Assembly: GCA_001800745.1 (NCBI GenBank)
Contig: MGVZ01000040.1
Location: 1,875-65,874 of the forward strand
Direction of reading: 5' to 3'
Length of the DNA stretch: 64,000 nt
Source of the DNA: Euryarchaeota archaeon RBG_16_67_27
GTDB lineage: Archaea; Thermoplasmatota; Thermoplasmata; RBG-16-68-12
Below the pieces are notes generated by a model. It had not been told where the DNA came from. It did no database searches and worked only from the letters and a program-made list of their open reading frames with translations. Of this stretch, positions 1 through 7,478 are shown one piece after another; the first letter of the stretch is position 1, and each line of letters begins with the position of its first letter. The position numbers and the translations under genes were made by a program.

Positions 1-389
1 GGGGCCTGCAGGAGACGGCACGGATTCACCGCGCGGCGGGCGCGCTCCGTATCTCCACTCTGCACCTCCGGGAGTGCTCCGTGGGAGACGGCCGTCGTCC
101 GATCTCGAACGGAGCGTTCGATGACTTCCTGGAGCAGATTGCGCGCCTCGGCATCCGCGAGAGTGGCGTCGCACTCTTCACCGCACACCCGATGGGCTCC
201 GCGCGCGCAGGGCTCGACGCCCGCACGTCCGCGGCAGGACCCACGGGGGAGTGCCACGAGGTCCGGAACCTGTGGATCGGGGACGGGAGCCTCCTCCCGA
301 CGGCGCCGGGAGTGAACCCGATGATCTCGATCATCGCCCTGGCAATCCGGTCGGCGGACTTCATCCACGAGCGACTCTCTCGCGGGTGA
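1..389 (+). CDS. GMC-family FAD oxidoreductase, C-terminal fragment (5' end lies outside the window)
   Basis: Frame 3 stays open from the window edge to TGA 387-389. The tail ...FTAHPMGSARAG...NLWIGDGSLLPTAPGVNPMISIIALA resembles the conserved C-terminal region of choline-dehydrogenase-type GMC oxidoreductases. Confidence 0.75.
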   Translation, partial: GLQETARIHRAAGALRISTLHLRECSVGDGRRPISNGAFDDFLEQIARLGIRESGVALFTAHPMGSARAGLDARTSAAGPTGECHEVRNLWIGDGSLLPTAPGVNPMISIIALAIRSADFIHERLSRG

Positions 390-400
390 GCCGGTCAACC

Positions 401-1561
401 TTAGGACAGCCAGAGGCCCGCATCCCGAGCGGGGCGACCGCCGCGGAACCGCTCGTACCCGAGGCCCGAGATGTCGATGGTTCTCGATCCGCCGTCCAGG
501 ATCGTCTCCGCGAGCGCGAGACCGACCGCGGGGCTGATCATCACGCCGTATCCCGACATGCCGTTGGCGAGGTAGAACCCCTTCGCCTCCCGGACGGGAC
601 CGAGCACCGGCAGCTGATCGGGCGTGAACGTCACGATCCCCGACCAGGCATTCGCGATGCTCGTCTCCGCGAGCATCGGCACGCGATGGACCGCGGCGGC
701 GACGGCCTTCGCCTTGAACTCCCAGTCCGTCTCCGGGCTCGCGAGGTCCCGCGCAGCGACATCCTCCACGAGGCCGAGGACGAAGCCGCCGTCGAGCTCC
801 TGCCGGAAGTAGAACCGTCCCGTGATATCGATATAGAGCGGCCGGTCTGCGGGGATCTCCGGGTGAGGCGTCGTGACGAAGATCTGCCGCTGCCAGAGGT
901 CCACCGGGAGTTCGAACCCGAGGGGCCGGTTCAGCTCGTTGCACCAGGGCCCCGCCGCGTTCACGACGACCGGCGCGCGGACCTCCTGCGCGGCGGCACG
1001 TACTCCGGTGACCTCCCCGCGGTCTACGAGCACCCGCTCGACGGCCGCGTTCGTCCGGATCCGGACACCGAGGCGCTTCGCGGCCGCGGCATATCCTGTC
1101 GCGACGGAATGGGGATCGCAGAAGCCGGCCTCCTGCGTGACGAGCCCCGCGGCGACATCGTCGACGCGGAGCTCCGGGAACAGGTTCCGGATATCCTCGG
1201 GAGACACGAGGGTCTGGTGCAATCCGGCGTCCCGACCGAGGCTCGCGGCCTGTTCGAGGTACGGCAGGTGCCGGCGCTCCGCAATCGTCTCGAGATACAT
1301 TCGAGGATGGAAGTCCGCGCTCTCCCCCGTGATTGAGGGGAAATGGCTCAGTTCGTCGTAGCCGCGTTTCGCGAGGGCGACGTTCACTCGCGTGCCGTAC
1401 GTCGTCTCCACGATCCCGACGCTCCGCCCCGTCGAACCCGACGCGAGGTGGGAGCGTTCGAGGAGCAGCACGTCCGTGAGCCCGCGCTGGGCGAGGTGAA
1501 ACGCGATGCTCGTCCCGATGACCCCGCCTCCGACGATGATCGCCTCTGCCCGCTCGGACAT
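401..1561 (-). CDS. FAD-dependent oxidoreductase (DAO / sarcosine-oxidase-beta-like)
   Basis: From ORF 401..1585. Start chosen at ATG 1561 so the N-terminus is MSERAEAIIVGGGVIGTS (GxGxxG dinucleotide fold). Length and layout are typical of the DAO family. Confidence 0.8.
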   Translation of the reverse strand: MSERAEAIIVGGGVIGTSIAFHLAQRGLTDVLLLERSHLASGSTGRSVGIVETTYGTRVNVALAKRGYDELSHFPSITGESADFHPRMYLETIAERRHLPYLEQAASLGRDAGLHQTLVSPEDIRNLFPELRVDDVAAGLVTQEAGFCDPHSVATGYAAAAKRLGVRIRTNAAVERVLVDRGEVTGVRAAAQEVRAPVVVNAAGPWCNELNRPLGFELPVDLWQRQIFVTTPHPEIPADRPLYIDITGRFYFRQELDGGFVLGLVEDVAARDLASPETDWEFKAKAVAAAVHRVPMLAETSIANAWSGIVTFTPDQLPVLGPVREAKGFYLANGMSGYGVMISPAVGLALAETILDGGSRTIDISGLGYERFRGGRPARDAGLWLS

Positions 1562-1610
1562 GGGACGGCATGCAGGGAAACGCACGGGGGCAAAAACCTT
1601 GTTGGTCCCC

Positions 1611-2549
1611 TCACACGCCCGGCTCCCGGGCGATGTCCGCGGGCGAAATCATTTCCTCCTGGAGGCTGTCGACCTGGAGGGTCGTATGGGCGATCCCGAA
1701 GCGCTCCAAGAGCCGGTCCTCGACGAGGGCGACGATTGCGGAGGCGCGGTCCACGGTCGTCTCTCCCGTCACCGATAGGTGCCCGGTGAGCGCGTAAAGG
1801 CCCGACGTCACCGTCCAGATATGCAGGTCGTGCACGCCCTTCACGCCCGGGACCGCCAGGATCGCGTCCGCGACGTCCCTCGGCCGGATGCCCGCGGGGG
1901 AGGCCTCCAGGAGGATGTGCACGCCGTCGCGCACAAGGCGGACCGCGCTGAACACGATCAGTCCCACGATGAACAGGGTGATGAAGACGTCGAGGACCGC
2001 AGTCCCGGTCAGGTGAATCGCGGCGGCGCCCACGACGACGCCGGCGGAACCGAGGGTGTCGCCATAGGCATGGAGGAACGCCCCGCGGGCGTTGATGTTC
2101 GTCTTCGCCCAGTCCCGGAGGAGGACGATCATCGTCGCGTTCGCGGCCAAGCCCGAGAGGCCGACGACGAACATCGTCCCGCCCTCCACGAGCGGCGGCG
2201 AGGGCAGGCGGCCGTACGCGGTGACGATCAGGTACGCGGCGAGGCCGATGAGGAGGAGGCCGTTCAGGAGGGCCGCGAGGACCTCGAGGCGATGGAACCC
2301 GAAGGAGTGCTTCGGGGTGTGCGGCCGGACCGAGGCGCGCAGGGCCGCGAGGCTCAGGCCGAGGGCGAGCGCGTCCGTGCCGACGTGGCCCGCGTCGCTC
2401 AGGAGCGCGAGGGACCCGGAGAGCCAGCTCCCGACGATCTCGAGGGCCGCGGCCCCGCCCGCAAGGACGATCGCCGCGGCGAGCCTCCGCTCGAGGCTCA
2501 GGCGGCGAGAGTGCACTCGCATCGACATCGCGCCGCCTGTATCCGGCAC
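1611..2549 (-). CDS. cation diffusion facilitator (CDF) metal efflux transporter
   Basis: 312-aa ORF with a hydrophobic N-terminal two-thirds and a soluble C-terminal domain. Two HxxxD metal-site motifs (SDAGHVGTD and LHAYGDTLGS) are typical of CzcD/ZitB-type CDF proteins. The exact start among M1/M8/M10 is unresolved. Confidence 0.85.
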   Translation of the reverse strand: MPDTGGAMSMRVHSRRLSLERRLAAAIVLAGGAAALEIVGSWLSGSLALLSDAGHVGTDALALGLSLAALRASVRPHTPKHSFGFHRLEVLAALLNGLLLIGLAAYLIVTAYGRLPSPPLVEGGTMFVVGLSGLAANATMIVLLRDWAKTNINARGAFLHAYGDTLGSAGVVVGAAAIHLTGTAVLDVFITLFIVGLIVFSAVRLVRDGVHILLEASPAGIRPRDVADAILAVPGVKGVHDLHIWTVTSGLYALTGHLSVTGETTVDRASAIVALVEDRLLERFGIAHTTLQVDSLQEEMISPADIAREPGV

Positions 2550-2571
2550 GGCGACATCAACCTTGGCGGCC

Positions 2572-3705
2572 TCACACGCGGCCCGTGGGGACGAGGACCC
2601 AGTAGAGCCGGTTGAGCACCTGCTTCCCGAGCCAGTCTTTGAGGCCCAAGGGCGGGGGAACCGGGGGATGCTCGTAGTCGAACGACATGGAGATCCCCTT
2701 GTGGTAGCCCGCGTCGCAGTAGCACATCACGTGGCCATCGTACCTCGCCGTCGCGGACTCGCCTCGGAGGTCCGCGACGATCGAGTCGGCGATGACCTTC
2801 GCCTGGAAGTGGGCCGCCGCACCCGATTTCGACACGGGGACGTCCGTGCAGTCGCCCAGACCAAAGATGTCCGGGTGGCCCTTCGTCCGGAGCGTGTACT
2901 TGTCCGTCGGCAGCCAGCCGCCCCGGTCCCCGAGCCCGGAGTCCTCGACGACCTTCGCACCGCGGTGGGGCGGGATCATCACGAGGAGGTCGTAGGAAAC
3001 CGTCTCGCCCTCGATCGACGTGACCGTGCGGTTCGGGGGATCGAGGGACTCCACGTTGAAGAAGATCGTCGACCGGATGTTGTGCCTCGCGAACACCTGC
3101 TCGACGACGGGGTTCACGGGTTCGAGCGGGAAGACGCGGGAGAGGGGCGACAGGAAGTGGATGTCCACCTTGTCGCGGATCCCGCGCTTCGCGAAGTAGT
3201 AGTCGAGCTGGCAAGCGGCCTCCGACGGGGCGGGCGGACACTTGTACGGGACGCTCGCGACCGTCACGACGACCCGCCCACCCTGGAACCTCGCGAGGAC
3301 GTCGCGGAGCTTCACGGCGGCCTCGACGGTGTAGAAGTGGTGCGCGGCCTCCGCGTACCCCGGGAGCTCGTCGGGCACGAGGCGAGCGCCGAGCGCCACG
3401 ATGAGCCGGTCGTATTCGAGGGCGCGGCCGTCCGCGAGGTGGACCTTCCTCGCCTCCGGGTCGATCCGGACCGCCTCCCCGAGGACCAGATTCACCCGCT
3501 TCCGCAGGAGCCGGCGTTCGTCCCGCACGAGGCTCCGGGGCTTCGTGTGTCCGAACGCCACGTACAGGAAGCCCGGCTGGTACACATGCTTCCCCGTCTT
3601 GTCGACGAGGGTGATCTCCGCCTCGTCGGGACGGAGAAGCTTCGCGAGGAGGTTTGCGACAATCGTCCCGCCGACGCCGCCGCCCAAGATCACGACCTTC
3701 TTCAC
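2572..3705 (-). CDS. sqr: sulfide:quinone oxidoreductase-like flavoprotein
   Basis: From ORF 2572..3846. Family similarity begins at GTG 3703-3705 (VKKVVILGGGVGGT, GxGxxG). It has the YKCPPAPSEAA motif and a C-terminal CYCDAG cysteine region as in SQR-type flavoproteins. The upstream 47 codons are Arg/Pro-rich and look non-coding. Confidence 0.75.
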   Translation of the reverse strand: MKKVVILGGGVGGTIVANLLAKLLRPDEAEITLVDKTGKHVYQPGFLYVAFGHTKPRSLVRDERRLLRKRVNLVLGEAVRIDPEARKVHLADGRALEYDRLIVALGARLVPDELPGYAEAAHHFYTVEAAVKLRDVLARFQGGRVVVTVASVPYKCPPAPSEAACQLDYYFAKRGIRDKVDIHFLSPLSRVFPLEPVNPVVEQVFARHNIRSTIFFNVESLDPPNRTVTSIEGETVSYDLLVMIPPHRGAKVVEDSGLGDRGGWLPTDKYTLRTKGHPDIFGLGDCTDVPVSKSGAAAHFQAKVIADSIVADLRGESATARYDGHVMCYCDAGYHKGISMSFDYEHPPVPPPLGLKDWLGKQVLNRLYWVLVPTGRV

Positions 3706-3722
3706 GCGATCCCCTTCCCGTC

Positions 3723-3971
3723 TCACCGGAGCTTCTTCACGACGAACCGCGCGTACCCAGCCTCCTCGTAGACGCCGACGAGCCCGTGGCCGGACTTCTG
3801 GACCCAGAAGGGGATGTCCGTCCGGGAGCCTTGGTCCGAGGACCACACCTCGACGACCTCTCCGACCTTCGCCTGCCGGATCCCGCGGATGAGTTCCATG
3901 AGCGGGCCGGGGCAGAACGAGCCGCGAGCGTCGAGGACGATCTTCTGATCCGCTGCGGAGACCATGGACAC
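3723..3971 (-). CDS. tusA: TusA/SirA-family sulfur carrier protein
   Basis: 82 aa; LDARGSFCPGPLMELIRGIRQAKVGEVVEVWSSD... carries the CPxP active-site cysteine motif and the TusA length. It lies 17 nt upstream of sqr. Confidence 0.85.
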   Translation of the reverse strand: MSMVSAADQKIVLDARGSFCPGPLMELIRGIRQAKVGEVVEVWSSDQGSRTDIPFWVQKSGHGLVGVYEEAGYARFVVKKLR

Positions 3972-3978
3972 GACCCCC

Positions 3979-4395
3979 TCACAGGAAGAGGGTGATCTCG
4001 CCTTCCTTCGCGTTGCTCACGAACTCCCCGACTCCGACGACGTCGTCGACGATGGGGTCCAGGTGCTCCTTCTTCATGCCCATCAGGTCCAAGGTCATCG
4101 CGCACGCGTGGACGCGAACGTTCCCCATCTCCTTCGCCTTCAGGAGCATCTCGTACCACGAGGGCACGTTCTTCTCCTTCATGAGCTGCGCGAGCATCGG
4201 AGCGAGCTCCGCGTAGTTCACGTCCATCTTCTGGTTCTTCTGCGGCTGGCCCATGCGAAACGCGTCCAGACCGTAGAACGTCAAGAAGAGCTCGACGTCC
4301 ATTCCCATCGCGACGGCACCGGAGGCCATGATCGCGGCGGGGTACAGCCTGTCCACGGTCCCGCTGAAGACCACCATCGACAGTTTGTTCGGCAT
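3979..4395 (-). CDS. DsrE/DsrF-like (COG2210-type) sulfur-relay family protein
   Basis: From ORF 3979..4680. Start chosen at ATG 4393-4395 (MPNKLSMVVFSGTVDRLYPAAIMASGAVAMG...). About 139 aa with a conserved VHACAMT cysteine. It ends 7 nt before tusA. Confidence 0.7.
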   Translation of the reverse strand: MPNKLSMVVFSGTVDRLYPAAIMASGAVAMGMDVELFLTFYGLDAFRMGQPQKNQKMDVNYAELAPMLAQLMKEKNVPSWYEMLLKAKEMGNVRVHACAMTLDLMGMKKEHLDPIVDDVVGVGEFVSNAKEGEITLFL

Positions 4396-4442
4396 GCGGT
4401 CACCGCGTCGCACGTGGGCCTCCGAGCGATTAAGTGGTACGG

Positions 4443-4492
4443 AATCGATTGAATATACACGAATGTGCGAATATTCGAAAGGTCGAATATAG
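4443..4492. promoter_or_regulatory. AT-rich divergent promoter/operator region (dsrE-like <-> arsR)
   Basis: Perfect palindromes AATCGATT (4443-4450) and CGAATATTCG (4468-4477). The motif GAATAT occurs three times (4451, 4469, 4485). The TATA-like GAATATAG (4485-4492) ends 24 nt before the arsR ATG at 4516. Confidence 0.5.
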
Positions 4493-4515
4493 CCCCACGC
4501 GGATGCATCCGTGCC

Positions 4516-4875
4516 ATGGAGCCAAAGGACGCGGCGTTCTACGACATCAAGGCGCGGATTATCGCCGTGCTCGCGAACCCGAAGCGTCTCGAAATCATCG
4601 ACCTGCTCAACGTGAAGGAGAGGACGGTCACCGACCTCGCCTCCGTGCTCGGCCTCGCGCAGGCCGCGACCTCCCAGCACCTCTCGGTCATGCGGAAGGC
4701 GGGGGTCGTCGAGACGCGGAAGGAAGGCAACTTCGTGTTCTACCGCCTTGCGGACCCGAGAATCGCAGCGGCGTGCGGCGTGATGAGCCGCGCGGTCGTC
4801 GAACTCCTCCTGAGCCAGCAGGCGAGGCTCCGACCCATCCTGGCGGTCGCCCGGCGGGAACGGGCAGTCGCATAG
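4516..4875 (+). CDS. ArsR-family winged-helix transcriptional regulator
   Basis: From ORF 4465..4875. Start ATG 4516 (MEPKDAAFYDIKARIIAVLANPKRLEIIDLL...TVTDLASVLGLAQAATSQHLSVMRKAGVV..R.EGNFVFYRL) gives a canonical ArsR/SmtB HTH core. It has a single Cys (AAACGV). Confidence 0.85.
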   Translation: MEPKDAAFYDIKARIIAVLANPKRLEIIDLLNVKERTVTDLASVLGLAQAATSQHLSVMRKAGVVETRKEGNFVFYRLADPRIAAACGVMSRAVVELLLSQQARLRPILAVARRERAVA

Positions 4876-4925
4876 AGTAAAGGCCGAACGGTTATCGCGG
4901 TCCGCGCGTCTCGCTCAGCGAGGCG

Positions 4926-5246
4926 ATGACGACCGAGACCGACGCGGTCGAGGACGCGTACGCGGAGATGGAGCGGATCATCGAAAGCCTCGTCGAGTGC
5001 TATGCGATCCCCCACACCCGGATGAACATGCGCTGGTCCCGACCGACGATCAAGGCGTACCGCGAGGAGGTCGTCGGCTGGCTCGAGGACTACGCACGGT
5101 CCTTCCGCCGCCTCTCGAAGAAATCCCTCCCGGGGCGGGACGATCTCCCGAGGTTCGCGCGGGCGAGGCTCGATGCGGAAGTCCGCCGGATCCTCGAGGG
5201 GAGAAGTCCGGCCGTCGAGGAGAGCTTCGGGCACCTGTTCGGCTGA
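4926..5246 (+). CDS. hypothetical protein (106 aa, no family recognised)
   Basis: ATG-initiated ORF with protein-like composition, fitting neatly between arsR and the convergent VOC gene. No motif recognised. Confidence 0.5.
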   Translation: MTTETDAVEDAYAEMERIIESLVECYAIPHTRMNMRWSRPTIKAYREEVVGWLEDYARSFRRLSKKSLPGRDDLPRFARARLDAEVRRILEGRSPAVEESFGHLFG

Positions 5247-5249
5247 CGC

Positions 5250-5591
5250 TCACTCCTGGATCATCCAGAACTCGTTCCCGTCGGGATCGGAGAACATCAT
5301 GTACGTGCCCCAGTCCTCCTTCTTCGTGGGCGAAGTGATCTTCACGCCCTTTGACCGGAGCGCCTTCTCCTCTTTCTTCACGTCCTTGCTCATGAGCGAA
5401 AAGCCCGTGTTCCCCGGCTCGAGCGGATAGAACCCGTCGCACAGGTGGAAGACGACGGGCGACCCCTTCGGTGCGACGGTCACCCAGTGTCCCATCTTGT
5501 CCCGCGCTTCGAACCCCAGGTTCTCCTGGTACCACTTCACGGCCTTCCTGCTGTCGCTGACGACGACGGCGACGGACCCGAATCGGACCAT
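5250..5591 (-). CDS. VOC-family (glyoxalase/bleomycin-resistance/dioxygenase fold) protein
   Basis: 113 aa; MVRFGSVAVVVSDSRKAVKWYQENLGFE...MFSDPDGNEFWMIQE matches the VOC beta-alpha-beta-beta-beta pattern. A CCTTAAGG box (5614-5621) is centred about 26 nt upstream of the ATG. Confidence 0.85.
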   Translation of the reverse strand: MVRFGSVAVVVSDSRKAVKWYQENLGFEARDKMGHWVTVAPKGSPVVFHLCDGFYPLEPGNTGFSLMSKDVKKEEKALRSKGVKITSPTKKEDWGTYMMFSDPDGNEFWMIQE

Positions 5592-5673
5592 GCCCCAGCA
5601 ACTCCGCGGGAGGCCTTAAGGCTCGCGTAGGCATGGGACAAATGCTCATCCCCATCCGTCCCTTCCAGGGTCC

Positions 5674-6384
5674 GTGGCCGCGTCGAGATCGCTCCGCCTC
5701 GCGGACCGCGTCGCGAGGCAGCTCCGCCGCCGGGAGGGGAGGAACCTTATCGCCGTCGCCGTGTACGGCTCCGTCGCGCAGGGGGAAGAGCGTCGGCACT
5801 CGGACCTTGACATGCTCCTCATCCGACGCCGGCCACGGCGGCTCCCGCGGACTGCGGTCCGGGACGGCGTCCTTGTCACGTTCCTTCAGATGACGCCGGA
5901 GGCGGCCCGCGCCGAACTGTCCGGCGCGAACCCGAACCTCCCGGAGGCGCTGAGCGGCTGGCGCTCGATCCGGGCGCTGTACGATCCGACCGGGATCATC
6001 GGGACCCTCCGGCGGAAGGCCGGGCGACCGACGGCGGCCCAATTCCGGAAGGCTGCACGCGCCGCGTTCCTCGCGACGTACGAGGACTACGGGAAGCTCC
6101 GGAACGCGCTCGACGCGGGGGACCACGAGGAGGCGAGAGAGATGGCGATCTGGTTCACGGGAGGGGCGATGGCAATCCTGTTCTGCCTTGAGGGGTACGT
6201 GCCCGCGACGGGGCGCCGACTCTTCGTGGATGTCGGCAAGAAAGGGTCGATCGGGAAGGCGATTTGCGCCCTGCGGTACGAACCCCTCTCCGCTGAGGAG
6301 ATCGGGCGCCTGGCGGTCCGCGTCTGGCGTGGCTTGCTCCACCGGGCCGACGTGCAGGGCGTCCGCGTGAACGACCTGGCCTGA
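5674..6384 (+). CDS. nucleotidyltransferase-domain protein (KNTase-like: NTase + helical C-terminal domain)
   Basis: GTG start. IAVAVYGSVAQGEERRHSDLDMLLI is the GS-x(n)-DxD minimal nucleotidyltransferase signature, followed by a roughly 150-aa helical domain. Confidence 0.7.
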   Translation: MAASRSLRLADRVARQLRRREGRNLIAVAVYGSVAQGEERRHSDLDMLLIRRRPRRLPRTAVRDGVLVTFLQMTPEAARAELSGANPNLPEALSGWRSIRALYDPTGIIGTLRRKAGRPTAAQFRKAARAAFLATYEDYGKLRNALDAGDHEEAREMAIWFTGGAMAILFCLEGYVPATGRRLFVDVGKKGSIGKAICALRYEPLSAEEIGRLAVRVWRGLLHRADVQGVRVNDLA

Positions 6385-6528
6385 CGAGCCGTGGAGGGAG
6401 GGCGGGATTCCGCCGGAAGGCTTTAGCGCCGTCGGGGCATCCGTCCAGCTCGAGGGTCCGATATCGACGTCCTCGGCCTCGAAGGATTCCTTCTGGATCT
6501 CCCGACCCTGTCTCCTGCGGCGTACGTC

Positions 6529-6951
6529 GTGGTCCTCTTCCTGTACGCGGTCGCGGCGGCGGTCGTCCTGCCCCTCCCGGTCGAAGTCCTTCTGCCCTTC
6601 GGGGACGTCGACCCGCTCGTCAAAGCAATCGTCGTGGGTCTGGGAAAGGGGTTCGGCGCAATCGCGGTCTTCTACGTGGGGACGAGGGTGAACCCGTGGA
6701 TCGAGCGGTGGATGCTCCGCCATGGACTCGTGCGCCGGATCCTGAAGGCGCTCGAGCGGTTCGTGCGGAAGACGGGCTGGGTCGGCCTCCTCGTCCTCCT
6801 CGCGATCCCCTTCATGAGCGACACCGCGGTGAACTACTTCTACGCGCTCCTCAACGAAAAGGGGGAGGCCGTTTCTCGGGTCAGGTTCGTCGTCGCGAAC
6901 GTGGCCGGCGGCGTGATCCGGGCGGTCGTGGTCCTCTGGCTCCTCCCGTAA
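6529..6951 (+). CDS. small integral membrane protein, YqaA/DedA (VTT-domain)-like
   Basis: 140 aa, about 4 hydrophobic helices. The N-terminal LPLPVEVLLPFG and the GKGFGAIAVFYVG pattern recall the COG1238 YqaA family. Confidence 0.55.
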   Translation: MVLFLYAVAAAVVLPLPVEVLLPFGDVDPLVKAIVVGLGKGFGAIAVFYVGTRVNPWIERWMLRHGLVRRILKALERFVRKTGWVGLLVLLAIPFMSDTAVNYFYALLNEKGEAVSRVRFVVANVAGGVIRAVVVLWLLP

Positions 6952-6973
6952 TGGCGAAGGGGAGCGTCAGCCG

Positions 6974-7387
6974 TCAACCGGGCCCGCGACCCCTTCTCGA
7001 GGCGCGCGCCCAGGCTTCCAGGAAACCCTCCGTGAGATCCCGCGCGGTGATCACGCCCTCGACGTCGTCCAGTCGGGTGACGACGAGGCGCCGAACGTTG
7101 TTGTCGACCATGAGCCGCGCCGCCGCCCGGACGGTCGCGAGAGGGCTGACGGTCACGACGGGTGCGCTCATGATCTCCCGGACACCGATCTTCCGGGGGC
7201 TCTTCTCCTTCGCGGTCACCTTCCACAGGATGTCCCGCTCCGTGATCAGGCCGATTGGCCGGCCGTACTCGACGACGACGAGGCCGCCGATCTTCTTCTG
7301 GGCCATCTTCTTCGCGGCGTCGAGGACCGTCGCGTCCGGGTCGACGACGATCACGTCCTTCGTCATTACGTCCCGCACGAAGACCAT
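6974..7387 (-). CDS. CBS-domain pair protein
   Basis: 137 aa with two CBS repeats (VRDVMTKDVIVVDPDATVLDAAKKM...GLITERDIL and VREIMSAPVVTVSPLATV...GVITARDL). Confidence 0.85.
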   Translation of the reverse strand: MVFVRDVMTKDVIVVDPDATVLDAAKKMAQKKIGGLVVVEYGRPIGLITERDILWKVTAKEKSPRKIGVREIMSAPVVTVSPLATVRAAARLMVDNNVRRLVVTRLDDVEGVITARDLTEGFLEAWARASRRGRGPG

Positions 7388-7478
7388 GGGGCACCCCGCA
7401 AGGGATATCGCGAAGGGGACTTGAAGGCTTCCGACTTGCCGTACGGTCCCCTCCGTGGGGAGACCTTTTCCCTACGGG

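Noticed and set aside
3706-3846. N-terminal extensions of the longest-ORF calls (also 4396..4680, 30250..30426, 46793..47062, 13641..13754, 27471..27599, 48707..48811, 51906..52016, 62136..62246)
   Set aside because: The extensions precede the point where family similarity begins. They are Arg/Pro-rich, often run across the candidate promoter boxes, and would erase the intergenic regulatory regions. Internal ATG/GTG/TTG starts with better context were chosen. 13640 vs 13754 and 62260 vs 62290 remain genuinely uncertain.
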